A stretch of DNA of 64,000 bases, taken from Alphaproteobacteria bacterium (GTDB lineage Bacteria; Pseudomonadota; Alphaproteobacteria; RF32; CAG-239). The DNA lies in the NCBI GenBank assembly GCA_017445475.1, contig JAFSUB010000018.1:47089-111088 (forward strand), written 5' to 3'. Each line of letters opens with the position of its first letter. Within the stretch, counting starts at the first letter, position 1. A program made the translations under genes and the position numbers. The notes below the pieces were generated by a model, which saw only the letters and a list, made by a program, of their open reading frames with translations, was not told the origin of the DNA and ran no database searches. Shown here in pieces: positions 42,368-52,701 of the stretch.

Positions 42368-43149
42368 AGCAATATTTGGAGTTGCTGAGAGATATTTTAG
42401 AAAACGGTGTTGACAAGACAGACAGGACAGGCGTTGGCACGCGTTCCGTTTTCGGCCGTCAAATGCGTTTTGATTTAAACGAGGGTTTTCCGCTTGTAAC
42501 CACAAAAAAAGTTCACTTAAAAAGCATTATCTACGAGCTCTTGTGGTTTATTAAAGGCGACACAAACGTGAAATATCTGCAAGACAACGGTGTGCGCATT
42601 TGGAACGAATGGGCAGATGAAAACGGCAATTTAGGACCGGTTTACGGCGCGCAGTGGCGAAATTTTAACGGGCAGGGCATTGATCAGCTTGCCGATGTGA
42701 TTGAACGCATCAAAACAAATCCCAACGACAGGCGGCTGATTGTGAGCGCGTGGAACCCTTGCCAAATTAAAGATATGAAATTGCCGCCATGCCATATGAT
42801 GTTTCAGTTTTACGTGGCTTCCGGCAAACTTTCGTGTATGCTTTATCAACGTTCGTGCGATATGTTTTTGGGTGTGCCGTTTAACATAGCCTCTTATGCG
42901 CTACTAACCATGATGGTGGCAAAAGTTTGCAATTTGGGCGTTGGCGATTTTGTACACACGCTGGGCGATGTGCATATTTATCACAATCATTTTGAGCAGG
43001 TTTATGAGCAGCTTTCGCGCACACCCTTAAAGCTTCCGACGATGAAAATTGTGCGCGATGTGAAAAATATCAACGACTTTAAGTTTGAAGATTTTGAGCT
43101 TGTCGATTATCAATGCCATGATGCGATAAAAGCAAAAGTTGCCGTTTAA
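42364..43149 (+). CDS. thyA: Thymidylate synthase
   Basis: [32 protein letters not shown]. Confidence 0.98.
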   Translation: MKQYLELLRDILENGVDKTDRTGVGTRSVFGRQMRFDLNEGFPLVTTKKVHLKSIIYELLWFIKGDTNVKYLQDNGVRIWNEWADENGNLGPVYGAQWRNFNGQGIDQLADVIERIKTNPNDRRLIVSAWNPCQIKDMKLPPCHMMFQFYVASGKLSCMLYQRSCDMFLGVPFNIASYALLTMMVAKVCNLGVGDFVHTLGDVHIYHNHFEQVYEQLSRTPLKLPTMKIVRDVKNINDFKFEDFELVDYQCHDAIKAKVAV

Positions 43150-43241
43150 GACGCCATTTGTTTTTTTGATAAAATTCTTGACAAGCACCTGATTTAAGCG
43201 TAACATAAAATCAGCTATAGCTTTATGGGGGACTTGACAAG

Positions 43242-46200
43242 ATGCGTAAAATCTCATTTGTTTGTTTTTTGGCGTGTTTGTTTGCGGTTGCGGCAAATGC
43301 ACGCGTTTGTTTTCTGCCAAACATTTTCGGCGGTGGTGAGAGTTGCCTTCTTGGAATAAGCGACAACACTGCAACCCCTGATGATCCTAATCCTCAACCA
43401 CGGCCAAATCCCGGGGTTGGAACGTGTGCGGAAGGGACGGTTTCTTCCAAACTTTCCGGCGAAAATAAAGATATGTTCATTTATTATGAAACCAGTTCTA
43501 TCGCAACGTGTTATCTTGTTTATTGCAGCGGTTGGCGCGGTTCGAGCACGTCCAACAATATCAACACATCTGTTTGGACAACATCTTCGGCCACATACGG
43601 CGGAAAGCTGTGTTATTTTGCAACCGGATGTCGCGAGCCATATCGAAGCAACCCATGCGTCGGAACGGAAACGACGGAAGAAGAATATCATATTGACGAT
43701 TTAGTGTGTTACAGATGTCAACAACATTGTCCGGTTGTAACGTGCGAGGGATATACCGTTAAAGAGGCGCCTGAAAACGGAAGGCTTGTCGGCAGCCCGT
43801 GCAAAATTGTGAATGAAGACTGTTCTGAAGGCGATGTCCTTTATAAGTTTGAATGTAATGAGGGATATACCGCCAACGGTAACACATGCGAAATTGCGCA
43901 GTGTGCCGAAAATTTTGCAACCGAAGAAGACAACTGTGTGGGCAGCTGTGCCGGAACGTGGAAACTCGGTATGGTAACAAGCGGTAAATCCGGCCCAACA
44001 GATTGCAAGAACTGTGTTTGCTGCATACCGGAAGCAGATGAAACATATTCGGATCATTTGGCGTGTTATGCGCAGGGAACGGCTTCAGATGGTTGCGGCC
44101 GCACGAAAAAGACCTATACTTATTTATGCACGGAAAATCAAACCTGCACATCAAGCGGTTGTTGCACACCTTTGGCTAATGACACATATAACAATCACCT
44201 TGCGTGCTATACGGAAACTACGGCTTCAGATGGTTGCGGCGGAACGCGGAAGATATATTCCTATAATTGCACGGGAAGCCAAACCTGCACCTCAAGCGGC
44301 TGTTGCACACCGACAGTAAGTGATTCGGCGCCGCAATATCCGAACTGTTACACCAAAAACACGGCGGCAAGTGATGGTTGCGGCGGCACAAGAACGACAT
44401 ATACATATAATTGCACGGGAAGTCAAACCTGCATATCAAGCGGTTGTTGCACGCCGACAGCAAGTGATTCGACACCGCAATATCCGAACTGTTACACCAA
44501 AAACACGGCGGCAAGTGATGGGTGCGGCAGCACAAGAACCACATACACGTATAATTGCACGGGAAATCAAACCTGCACGTCAAGCGGTTGTTGCACGCCA
44601 GAAGCTGATGAGGCAACACCGACTTTTCCGGCGTGTTACACGCAAAACAATGTTTCAAACGGTTGCGGCGGCACAAGAAAAACATACACCTATAAGTGTA
44701 TCGGCAATGAACAATGCACATCAAGCGGCTGTTCTTGCACGCCAATACCTGACGATACGTATTCAGGCTATCGTGCCTGCTGGACGCGAGGCACGGCTGA
44801 TAACGGTTGCGGCAACACAAGGATTACATACACCTATAGGTGCACGGAAAATCAAACCTGCACCTCAAGCGGTTGTGAAGATCCTGTTGTTTGCACGCCG
44901 CTGGAAAGTGATCCGATACCGGCATATCCGAAGTGTTACACCAAAAACACGGCGGCAAGTGATGGTTGCGGTAGCACAAGAACCACATACACGTATAATT
45001 GCACGGGAAATCAAACCTGCACGTCAAGCGGTTGTGAAGATCCTGTTGTTTGCACGCCGCTTGAAAGTGATCCTGCACCGGCATATCCAAAGTGTTACAC
45101 CAAAAACACATCGGCAAGCGATGGTTGCGGTAGCACAAGAACCACATACACTTATAAATGCAGTGGTGATGAAGAATGCACATCAAGCGGTTGCGTTGGT
45201 TGCACGCCTGAACCTGACGATACATATACAGGCTATCGTGCTTGCTGGACACAGGGTTCGGCTCCTAACGGTTGCGGCAACACAAGGATTACATATACTT
45301 ATAGGTGTAATGGTGATCAAACCTGCACGTCAAGCGGTTGTTGCACACCGTCCGGTAATGGGCAAGGTTACAGTTATGCGAATTGCATGACGGTTTCAAA
45401 CAGCGATGGCTGTGGCGGCACCTATTACACATCTAAATGCACGGGTGATAAGGTTTGTAACGGTTCTGGTTCGTGTGTGAGCACCTGCACGCCTTTAGCT
45501 GATGACACATACAGCGGATATTTAAAATGCTATACACAAGGGAGTGAAGATAATGGCTGTGGCGAAACAAGGAAGACATATACTTATAATTGCACGGGAA
45601 ATCAGGTTTGCAGATCAACCGGCTGTTGCACACCATCCGGTGATGGACAATCCCGTGATTCTAATAATTGCCTGACAAAAATAAACAGCGATGGCTGCGG
45701 CGGCTACTATTACACGTCTAAATGCACGGGTGGTAAGGTCTGCAACGGTTCGGGTTCGTGTGTAGACCCGTGCACGCCAACAGGGAATGGGCAAGCCTAC
45801 GATTATAACAACTGTTTGACGGTTTCAAATAGCGACGGTTGCGGCGGCACCTATTACACATCTAAATGCACCGGAAGTCAGATCTGCAACGGTTCGGGTT
45901 CATGTGTAACTCCATGCACGCCGACGGGCAATGGGCAATCCTACGATTATAATAATTGTCTGACGGTTTCAAATAGCGACGGTTGCGGTGGCACCTATTA
46001 CACGTCTAAATGTACCGGAAATCAAACCTGCAACGGTTCTGGTTCATGTGTAACCCCATGCACACCGACAGGTAATGGTCAAGCCCGCGATTATAATAAT
46101 TGCTTGACGGTTTCAAACAGCGACGGTTGCGGTGGCACCTATTACACGTCTAAATGTACCGGAAATCAAACCTGCAACGGTTCTGGTTCGTGTGTAACCC

Positions 46201-46628
46201 CGTGCACGCCAACAGGTAACGGGCAAGCTCGCGATTATAATAATTGCCTGACGGTTTCAAATAGCGATGGCTGCGGCGGCTATTACTATACCTCTAAATG
46301 TAGTGGTGATCAAACATGCAATGGTTCAGGTTCATGTGTAAGCGCCTGCACGCCGAGTGGCGATGGGCAAGGTTATAGTTATACCAATTGTTATACGGTT
46401 AAAAACAGCGATGGTTGCGGTGGCTATTACTATACATCTAAATGCACCGGTAGCCAAATTTGTAACAAAGGTACATGTGCGACATGTGATCTTGATAATT
46501 ATTCTATATGGTATGATAAGATTGGAGAGTGTAATACTGAATGTGGATATACAGCCACGACTAAAAAATGTAAAAAAGTCGGTCTTGGTTTGAGCATGTG
46601 TCCCTATGGTTATGTTTGCAACGACTAG
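43242..46628 (+). CDS. Secreted cysteine-rich repeat protein, VCFLP family paralog 3
   Basis: ANA-RVCFLPNIFGG; 17 tandem ~48-aa CTP...DGCG...CTG..C repeats. Confidence 0.85.
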   Translation: MRKISFVCFLACLFAVAANARVCFLPNIFGGGESCLLGISDNTATPDDPNPQPRPNPGVGTCAEGTVSSKLSGENKDMFIYYETSSIATCYLVYCSGWRGSSTSNNINTSVWTTSSATYGGKLCYFATGCREPYRSNPCVGTETTEEEYHIDDLVCYRCQQHCPVVTCEGYTVKEAPENGRLVGSPCKIVNEDCSEGDVLYKFECNEGYTANGNTCEIAQCAENFATEEDNCVGSCAGTWKLGMVTSGKSGPTDCKNCVCCIPEADETYSDHLACYAQGTASDGCGRTKKTYTYLCTENQTCTSSGCCTPLANDTYNNHLACYTETTASDGCGGTRKIYSYNCTGSQTCTSSGCCTPTVSDSAPQYPNCYTKNTAASDGCGGTRTTYTYNCTGSQTCISSGCCTPTASDSTPQYPNCYTKNTAASDGCGSTRTTYTYNCTGNQTCTSSGCCTPEADEATPTFPACYTQNNVSNGCGGTRKTYTYKCIGNEQCTSSGCSCTPIPDDTYSGYRACWTRGTADNGCGNTRITYTYRCTENQTCTSSGCEDPVVCTPLESDPIPAYPKCYTKNTAASDGCGSTRTTYTYNCTGNQTCTSSGCEDPVVCTPLESDPAPAYPKCYTKNTSASDGCGSTRTTYTYKCSGDEECTSSGCVGCTPEPDDTYTGYRACWTQGSAPNGCGNTRITYTYRCNGDQTCTSSGCCTPSGNGQGYSYANCMTVSNSDGCGGTYYTSKCTGDKVCNGSGSCVSTCTPLADDTYSGYLKCYTQGSEDNGCGETRKTYTYNCTGNQVCRSTGCCTPSGDGQSRDSNNCLTKINSDGCGGYYYTSKCTGGKVCNGSGSCVDPCTPTGNGQAYDYNNCLTVSNSDGCGGTYYTSKCTGSQICNGSGSCVTPCTPTGNGQSYDYNNCLTVSNSDGCGGTYYTSKCTGNQTCNGSGSCVTPCTPTGNGQARDYNNCLTVSNSDGCGGTYYTSKCTGNQTCNGSGSCVTPCTPTGNGQARDYNNCLTVSNSDGCGGYYYTSKCSGDQTCNGSGSCVSACTPSGDGQGYSYTNCYTVKNSDGCGGYYYTSKCTGSQICNKGTCATCDLDNYSIWYDKIGECNTECGYTATTKKCKKVGLGLSMCPYGYVCND
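44020..46480 (+). repeat. Intragenic tandem repeats (~144 nt, two subtypes, 10 A plus 7 B)
   Basis: Units such as 45771 and 45915 are 144 nt apart; all in frame. Confidence 0.85.
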
Positions 46629-46698
46629 AGTTGAACACTCTGGAAATGGTGTGATTATAGCTTTTGGCTGATGTATCTGCGGATATGTAGCATCAAGC

Positions 46699-46738
46699 AA
46701 AAAAAACCACCGGCTTTGACCGGTGGTTTCCCTTTTTG
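46699..46738. terminator. Bidirectional terminator
   Basis: AAACCACCGG-CTTTGA-CCGGTGGTTT. Confidence 0.75.
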
Positions 46739-46756
46739 AGTTTTTTTATCGAGCGC

Positions 46757-47722
46757 TTAAAACTCCATCTTTAAATCGCGTTCAAACATGGCGCGAATCG
46801 TCGGTTTGATAGGCGCGTCTTCAAAAACAACCTTATAAAGCGCTTGGCAAATCGGCATATCAATTCCTTCTTTGTCGGCAATAATTTTCACAGCTTTTAA
46901 GGTTGCGGGGCCCTCGGCGGATTTTGAAGATTTTTCGCCTTTAGCCAAAAGCTCGCCATACATTCTGTTGTGGCTGTTTTTGGAAAACAGCGTGGCTTCA
47001 TAGTCGCCCAAATGCGCCAAACCATAGGCGGTCATCGGGTTTCCGCCGAAATGCTTGATAAAACGCCCGACTTCGACCGGCGCGCGCGCCATCAGCCCGC
47101 CTTTGAGGCCATACCACTCAAGCCCGTCTAAAATACCGGCAGCAATGCCAATCACATTTTTCAAGGCTGCCCCAATTTGGTTGCCCACCACGTCGCTTCC
47201 GTAATAAAAACGGATAAGCTCACTTTGCATCAGCTCAATCCAGTGCTTTTTTTCCGCTTCTTCACGGCTGTCAATCACCGCACACGAAGGCACTTTTTTG
47301 AGGTAATCCTGCACATGTCCCGGGCCTCCGAGACAGGCAAAATGAACATCGTCTTGCGTGATTTCTTCGCCCATCACGTCAATTAAGATTTTTGCGCTCG
47401 GTTCTTCCAAACCCTTCATTGCAAGCAAAAAATGCTTTCCGGAGAGATTATATTGGTTGATTTGCTTTGCCAAACCCCGCAGATGTTGCGCTCCGATTGA
47501 AATGATGATGTTGTCATTTTTGAAAATTTCGTTCAAATCGGGCGTTAAAAACATATTGTCGCTTAAAGACAGATATGAATTTTTGCGCGTTTCTTTGAGT
47601 TCCAAAAAATTGGGAGAAGTCGGAATGTCGTAAAGCGTAACCTTATCAAAGCAATAATTTGCGCCATACCAGCCCAAAAATGTGCCCCAGCGACCGCAGC
47701 CGATGACAGAAAGTTGTTTCAT
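46757..47722 (-). CDS. gpsA: NAD(P)H-dependent glycerol-3-phosphate dehydrogenase
   Basis: VIGCGRWG, AMKGLE, GAALKNVIGIAAG, GLAHLGD, SHNR. Confidence 0.92.
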   Translation of the reverse strand: MKQLSVIGCGRWGTFLGWYGANYCFDKVTLYDIPTSPNFLELKETRKNSYLSLSDNMFLTPDLNEIFKNDNIIISIGAQHLRGLAKQINQYNLSGKHFLLAMKGLEEPSAKILIDVMGEEITQDDVHFACLGGPGHVQDYLKKVPSCAVIDSREEAEKKHWIELMQSELIRFYYGSDVVGNQIGAALKNVIGIAAGILDGLEWYGLKGGLMARAPVEVGRFIKHFGGNPMTAYGLAHLGDYEATLFSKNSHNRMYGELLAKGEKSSKSAEGPATLKAVKIIADKEGIDMPICQALYKVVFEDAPIKPTIRAMFERDLKMEF

Positions 47723-47823
47723 GAGTGTGCCCTCGCTTGTTGTTAAAGATATCAGCTTAAAGTTTAACGTGCCGAAAAGTTTTTGCAAGCCTCAAAAACA
47801 ATCCGTCAACAGCAAAAAGAACA

Positions 47824-48177
47824 TCAGCTTTTTTTCAAACGTTTCCAAGCTAAAATGGCCTGAATGTGGTCAAAATCACGAAAAGCCTGATATGCGGCGT
47901 CAAAACTTTTCGAATCAAAAATATAAAAAACTTTGTGCGCCATATCCTTAATGGAAGCATCAATTTTTGAAAAAGCCTCGTTGTAGTCTTTGTTAAAATT
48001 ATTTTTAATCTTTTTCTGCACAAGGTCGTGGTAGGCCGAAACAACCTTTGCCGCCTCGTCGGTGGGGTTGAGGTAGCCTTTTTTCTTAAAGTCGCAAACA
48101 ATTTGTGCCATTGTCTGATAAAAGCACTTGTTTGTCAGGATTTTTCTCTGCCGCTTGTCGCTTGAATCGATAATCAT
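47824..48177 (-). CDS. Hypothetical protein
   Basis: 117-aa ORF oriented as gpsA; no recognised motif. Confidence 0.6.
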   Translation of the reverse strand: MIIDSSDKRQRKILTNKCFYQTMAQIVCDFKKKGYLNPTDEAAKVVSAYHDLVQKKIKNNFNKDYNEAFSKIDASIKDMAHKVFYIFDSKSFDAAYQAFRDFDHIQAILAWKRLKKS

Positions 48178-48347
48178 CCCTTTTCACAACCTTTCAAAAC
48201 AAAATATAGCCGATTTTTTTGCGTAAGGCAAATGAAAATGAAAAAAATGTAAAAGAAGGTAAAATTTTTCTTGACATTTTGACAAAATATGATAAGTTGC
48301 GAGTCAAGTTATCTTATTTGCGAATTATTCATCAAAAAAAATATGCT

Positions 48348-48665
48348 ATGTTAGCCACAATCGTATTGGCGATTATCGTCATCGCCTTGGTGCTCAGAGA
48401 AGTGTTTGACGCCAAAAAAAAGAAAAGAGAGAAAATTGAGGCAGAGCTGAAGTCCCGCATCATGCCTTCGGGGCTCATTCTTCCCAAAGATCCCGAAGAA
48501 ATGCTCGTCTACAAAAAGGCGGATCTCATCAAGTGGGATAAGGAAGACATTAAATTTCTCATCAATTATGTGGGCCACCGCACTGACGACAGCATGTCGC
48601 AAGATGAGTACAAGCGGTGGACCGAGTTATTTAACGAGGCCTCGCGCGCCCTCTATGACTACTAA
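48348..48665 (+). CDS. Hypothetical single-pass membrane protein (orphan)
   Basis: N-terminal TM helix plus KKKK; own promoter (48271-48298) and terminator (about 48668-48702). Confidence 0.7.
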   Translation: MLATIVLAIIVIALVLREVFDAKKKKREKIEAELKSRIMPSGLILPKDPEEMLVYKKADLIKWDKEDIKFLINYVGHRTDDSMSQDEYKRWTELFNEASRALYDY

Positions 48666-48756
48666 AATTTCCCTGCACTTTGAACGGTGCGGGGATTTTT
48701 TTATCCCTTTAATTTCGAAAAATGCTGATTATTTGTTGTGGGACAAGGAGGAAAAG

Positions 48757-48825
48757 ATGAAACTTACACATTGGATTATTTTAACCGTTTTTGTTTTTGC
48801 GATTGCCATCAGTTTGTTTTTTTAA
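48757..48825 (+). CDS. 22-aa hydrophobic peptide MKLTHWIILTVFVFAIAISLFF
   Basis: AAGGAGG SD; single TM helix. Confidence 0.55.
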   Translation: MKLTHWIILTVFVFAIAISLFF

Positions 48826-48835
48826 AAGTGTAGAT

Positions 48836-48916
48836 ATGAATTTTGAAAAGAAACATTTTGTTTTGTTTGCCTTTATTGCGTGTCTTGTTAGCTTGGCATT
48901 GATGCTTTTAAACTAA
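48836..48916 (+). CDS. 26-aa hydrophobic peptide MNFEKKHFVLFAFIACLVSLALMLLN
   Basis: Tandem with the previous peptide; single TM helix; weak SD. Confidence 0.45.
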   Translation: MNFEKKHFVLFAFIACLVSLALMLLN

Positions 48917-48974
48917 AAAAAATTCTTGACAAGCGGTTTTAAAAAGCATATATAAGCCTTACTTTCCGATTTAT

Positions 48975-49051
<77 letters not shown>

Positions 49052-49085
49052 ATAAAAAACCACCCTTTCAGGGGTGGTTTTTTAT

Positions 49086-49262
49086 TGATTATGGGGTGGG
49101 GTTTGAACCAACGGAGAGTTGGTTCACTACCAGCGAAAGCCAGACGGAAGTATGGCGGTCGGCTTAAAGCCGATGAGCGCCTGTGCGGCAAGCGAAAGCG
49201 AAGCCAAATCCTTCTCCCGCAACCATTACAAAAAGCCACCCAAAGGGTGGTTTTTTTATTGA
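49086..49262 (+). repeat. tRNA-fMet-linked unit: antisense T-arm copy, 80-nt insert, duplicated 3' end and terminator
   Basis: TTTGAACCAACG (49102-49113) antisense; GTTGGTTC[49126-49205]AAATCCTTCTCCCGCAACCA; second terminator. Confidence 0.85.
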
Positions 49263-49288
49263 TTATGGGGGTGGCAAAAGAAGTTGGG

Positions 49289-51922
49289 CTATATCATCTT
49301 CCTTACTTCACCAATAGCCGTTTCAAGCTTTGATGTGTCAGTGCCGCCGGCTTGCGCCATATCCGGCCTGCCGCCGCCGCCGGTGCCGCCGACAACAAGA
49401 GCTGCCGCTTTAACCATGTCAACAGCTGAATATTTACCCGTCAAATCTTTGGTAACGCCCACCACAATTGAGGCTTTGCCGTCTTTATCCGAGCCCAGAA
49501 CAACAATGCCCGATTTAATGGTTTGGTTGATTTCATCAATAAAAGCTTTGAGCTCTTTGGGGTGAACGTTTGGCACAACTTTGCCGACAAACTTAATGCC
49601 GTTGACAACCTCGATTTTGTCTTCATTGTCCGCTGTTTTGTTGTTTACAAACGATTTTTTCAAATCAAAAATATCCTGCTCAAGCTTTTTCTTTTCTTCC
49701 AAAAGATTTGCAACGCGTTGTTCCAAATCATTGATGTTGGTCTTAAGCCGATTTGAGATGCGGTGCATTTTGTCTTCTAAATTTTGCACAAATTTTTCGG
49801 CACTGTCTCCCGTTACGCACTCAATTCGCCTGATTCCGGCAGCAACGGAAGATTCGGATATAATATTAAAATAGCCGATATCGCCCGTTTCGCAAACATG
49901 CGTTCCACCGCAAAGCTCTGACGAATAGGTCTTTCCGTCTTTTTGCATTTGCACCACACGCACTTCATCGCCGTATTTTTCGCCAAACAGCGCCATTGCG
50001 CCCGTTTGAAGAGCGTCTTCCTTGTTCATCAAAAGCGTGTTCACACGATAATTTTCTCTGATTGAGCGATTGACAATGTCTTCAACCTTTCTGATTTCAT
50101 CTTCACTGATTTGCTTTGGGTGCGAAATGTCAAAACGCATATGGTCCGGCCCGACAAGCGAGCCTTTTTGAGCGATATGATCACCCAAAACCGTTTTTAA
50201 GGCCTTGTGCACAAGGTGGGTAACCGAGTGATTGGCGCAGATTTTTTTGCGCCGCTTATCATCAACTTCAAACGAGGCCGTATCAAAAACGTTAACAATG
50301 CCCGAAACAAGCCGGCAAACGTGAACAGTCAAAGCATCAAGCTTATGCTTTGTATCAAGAACTTTAATTTCAAAATTTTTGCCTTTAATGAGCCCCTCAT
50401 CACCGACTTGCCCGCCGCGTTCGCCATAAAAGGGCGTTTGGTTGGCAACAAGATAAAACGTGCCGCTTTCAACCTTTGAAACCATTTCCTGATTTTGAAT
50501 AAGCGCCAAAATTTGCCCGTCGGCTTTTAATGTTTGATAGCCTAAAAATTCGGTTGAACCTAATTTTTCGGCCACATCAAACCAAACTTTTTCGGTGCCT
50601 TCGTCGCCTGAACCTGCCCAGTTTTGACGTGCTTTTTGGCGCTGTTTTTCCATTGCGGCATTAAAATGTTCAACATCAACGCTAATTTTCTTAAGTTTTA
50701 AGGCATCTTCGGTTAAATCAATCGGGAAGCCGTATGTATCATAAAGTTTAAACGCAGTTTGACCGCTTAAAACATCGCCTTCATGCATATTTGCCGTTTC
50801 CGATTCCAAAAGCTTCATACCCGTTGAAAGCGTTTTGCCGAAACGCATTTCTTCAGCCTTTATGGTTTCGCAAATAAGGCCTTCATAACGGTTTAATTCG
50901 GGATATGCTTCGCCCATTTCACGTTGCAACGAGGGTAAAAGCTTATATAAAAGCGGTTCATGAACACCAAGCATATATATATGGCGCATCGCACGGCGCA
51001 TAATTCGGCGCAAGACATAACCTCTGCCTTCGTTTGAAGGCAAAACGCCGTCTGCAATTAAAAATGCCGTTGCGCGCAAATGGTCGGTGATGACATTATA
51101 CGACGACGTCAAATTTTTGTTTGCTTTATCCGTGCCGGTCAGTTTACACAAGTCGGTAATTAAATTTTGGAACAAATCGATTTCATAGTTTGAATGAACG
51201 CCTTGCAAAATCGCCGTCATACGTTCAAGGCCCATACCCGTGTCAATGCAGCGTTTTTTTAAGTTTATGCGCTCACCTGTCGGCAAATCTTCAAACTCGT
51301 CAAAAACCAAATTCCAAATTTCAATCCACCTGTCGCCGTCTTCATCTTTTGTGCCGGGCAGGTCTCCGAAAACGTCTTCTCCGTGGTCATAAAAAATTTC
51401 CGAGCAATAACCGCAAGGACCGGTGTCGCCCATCTGCCAAAAATTGTCTTTTGTTGCAATATCAATCACCCTGTCTGCGGGCAGGCCTGAGATTTTTTTC
51501 CACAAATCGCGTGCGACATCATCGGTGTGAAAAACCGTTACGGCCAATTTGTCTTTTGAAATGCCGAATTCTTTGGTTATAAGCTCCCACGCATAATATA
51601 TCGCTTCTTCTTTGAAATAATCGCCAAACGAAAAATTGCCGAGCATTTCAAAAAAAGTGTGATGGCGCACATCGTAACCGACGCTGTCCAAATCGTTGTG
51701 TTTGCCGCCGGCACGAACGGATTTTTGCGCGGTGGCGGCCCTTGTGTATGCGCGCGTTTCGTTGCCGGTGAACAGATTTTTAAATTGCACCATACCCGAA
51801 TTTGTAAACATCAAAGTCGGATCATTGTCCGGAACAAGTGATGATGACGGCACAATCGTGTGGCCGTTTTTTTCAAAATAGTTCAAAAAAGTTTTGCGAA
51901 TTTGCTTTAAGGTCGCTGTCAT
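49289..51922 (-). CDS. alaS: Alanine--tRNA ligase
   Basis: DPTLMFTNSGM, RHHTFFEMLGNFSFGDYFK, IDTGMGLER, ELCGGTHV, GGGGRPDMAQAGG. Confidence 0.99.
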   Translation of the reverse strand: MTATLKQIRKTFLNYFEKNGHTIVPSSSLVPDNDPTLMFTNSGMVQFKNLFTGNETRAYTRAATAQKSVRAGGKHNDLDSVGYDVRHHTFFEMLGNFSFGDYFKEEAIYYAWELITKEFGISKDKLAVTVFHTDDVARDLWKKISGLPADRVIDIATKDNFWQMGDTGPCGYCSEIFYDHGEDVFGDLPGTKDEDGDRWIEIWNLVFDEFEDLPTGERINLKKRCIDTGMGLERMTAILQGVHSNYEIDLFQNLITDLCKLTGTDKANKNLTSSYNVITDHLRATAFLIADGVLPSNEGRGYVLRRIMRRAMRHIYMLGVHEPLLYKLLPSLQREMGEAYPELNRYEGLICETIKAEEMRFGKTLSTGMKLLESETANMHEGDVLSGQTAFKLYDTYGFPIDLTEDALKLKKISVDVEHFNAAMEKQRQKARQNWAGSGDEGTEKVWFDVAEKLGSTEFLGYQTLKADGQILALIQNQEMVSKVESGTFYLVANQTPFYGERGGQVGDEGLIKGKNFEIKVLDTKHKLDALTVHVCRLVSGIVNVFDTASFEVDDKRRKKICANHSVTHLVHKALKTVLGDHIAQKGSLVGPDHMRFDISHPKQISEDEIRKVEDIVNRSIRENYRVNTLLMNKEDALQTGAMALFGEKYGDEVRVVQMQKDGKTYSSELCGGTHVCETGDIGYFNIISESSVAAGIRRIECVTGDSAEKFVQNLEDKMHRISNRLKTNINDLEQRVANLLEEKKKLEQDIFDLKKSFVNNKTADNEDKIEVVNGIKFVGKVVPNVHPKELKAFIDEINQTIKSGIVVLGSDKDGKASIVVGVTKDLTGKYSAVDMVKAAALVVGGTGGGGRPDMAQAGGTDTSKLETAIGEVRKMI

Positions 51923-52101
51923 TTTTTCATTCCCGAAGATAAAATTGCGTTTCTGCTTAAAATAAAACATTGTTAAAGGCAAGTAAAGCACAATCTTAAT
52001 ATGTTTGAAAAAAAATGATTATGAGCGTTAACAAATTTATTTGACAACTATTTTTTTTTGATGTTATCTTAAAACCGATTCAAAACTCAAGGAGAACATC
52101 T

Positions 52102-52626
52102 ATGCTCGGACGCTATACCTACACATTGAGCACCCTAACCCCCGGCGAAGAAATTACGCTTGTGGGCAGGCTTCATTATTTTGCCTTAATCATTCCGTTT
52201 TGCTTGACGGCCTTAACATTTACGGTGCTTTTTTTCGCAATTGCGTTGACGCTTCAGCTTAAAGGCGGGCAGATGCTCGCGCTCATACAAATTGCAACGA
52301 TATGGCTCGGCTTTCTCGCCCTGTTTTTGTTTACAATGGTGTCTTGGCTTAAACGCAATATGATTGAGATGGTTTGCACCAATAAACGCGTGGTCAGACG
52401 AACGGGCATTGTGAATGTTACAACCGAAGAATTAAACCGCGAACGAATCGAGTCGGTTGAAATTCGGCAAAGCATTTTGGGACGAATTTTCGGTTATGGT
52501 GACATTTTGTTTTCGGGAACGGGAACGTCAAAACTTGTTTTTCATTTCATCAATCAACCGCGGCTGATGAAGCGCTTTATCGATTCGGTGATTAACGCGC
52601 CGGCAGAGCTTCCGCCCTCACACTAG
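52102..52626 (+). CDS. Membrane protein with bacterial PH (bPH_2) domain
   Basis: Two TM helices; TNKRVV..TG, IESV...QSILGRIFGYG. Confidence 0.85.
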   Translation: MLGRYTYTLSTLTPGEEITLVGRLHYFALIIPFCLTALTFTVLFFAIALTLQLKGGQMLALIQIATIWLGFLALFLFTMVSWLKRNMIEMVCTNKRVVRRTGIVNVTTEELNRERIESVEIRQSILGRIFGYGDILFSGTGTSKLVFHFINQPRLMKRFIDSVINAPAELPPSH

Positions 52627-52654
52627 AGGCAAATATTACAAATAAAAAACCAAC

Positions 52655-52701
52655 CGTCATGGCTCGCCGAGGCTACAAGCCAAGCGCGTCCAGCCATCTT
52701 C
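52655..52701 (+). repeat. CGTC-type REP palindrome
   Basis: CGTCATGGCT-hairpin-TC-CAGCCATCTTC. Confidence 0.72.

Noticed and set aside
44320-45390. 356-aa alternative-frame ORF, and other long overlapping ORFs in dnaK, secD and the Cys-rich genes
   Set aside because: Explained by codon bias and repeats in the main frame; no SD or recognisable domain.
44020-46480. CRISPR array
   Set aside because: The repeats are ~144-nt in-frame coding units without unique spacers, and there are no cas genes.
17545-46628. Diversity-generating retroelement acting on the Cys-rich genes
   Set aside because: No reverse transcriptase in the window. Differences between repeats are mostly third-position changes, not adenine-specific.
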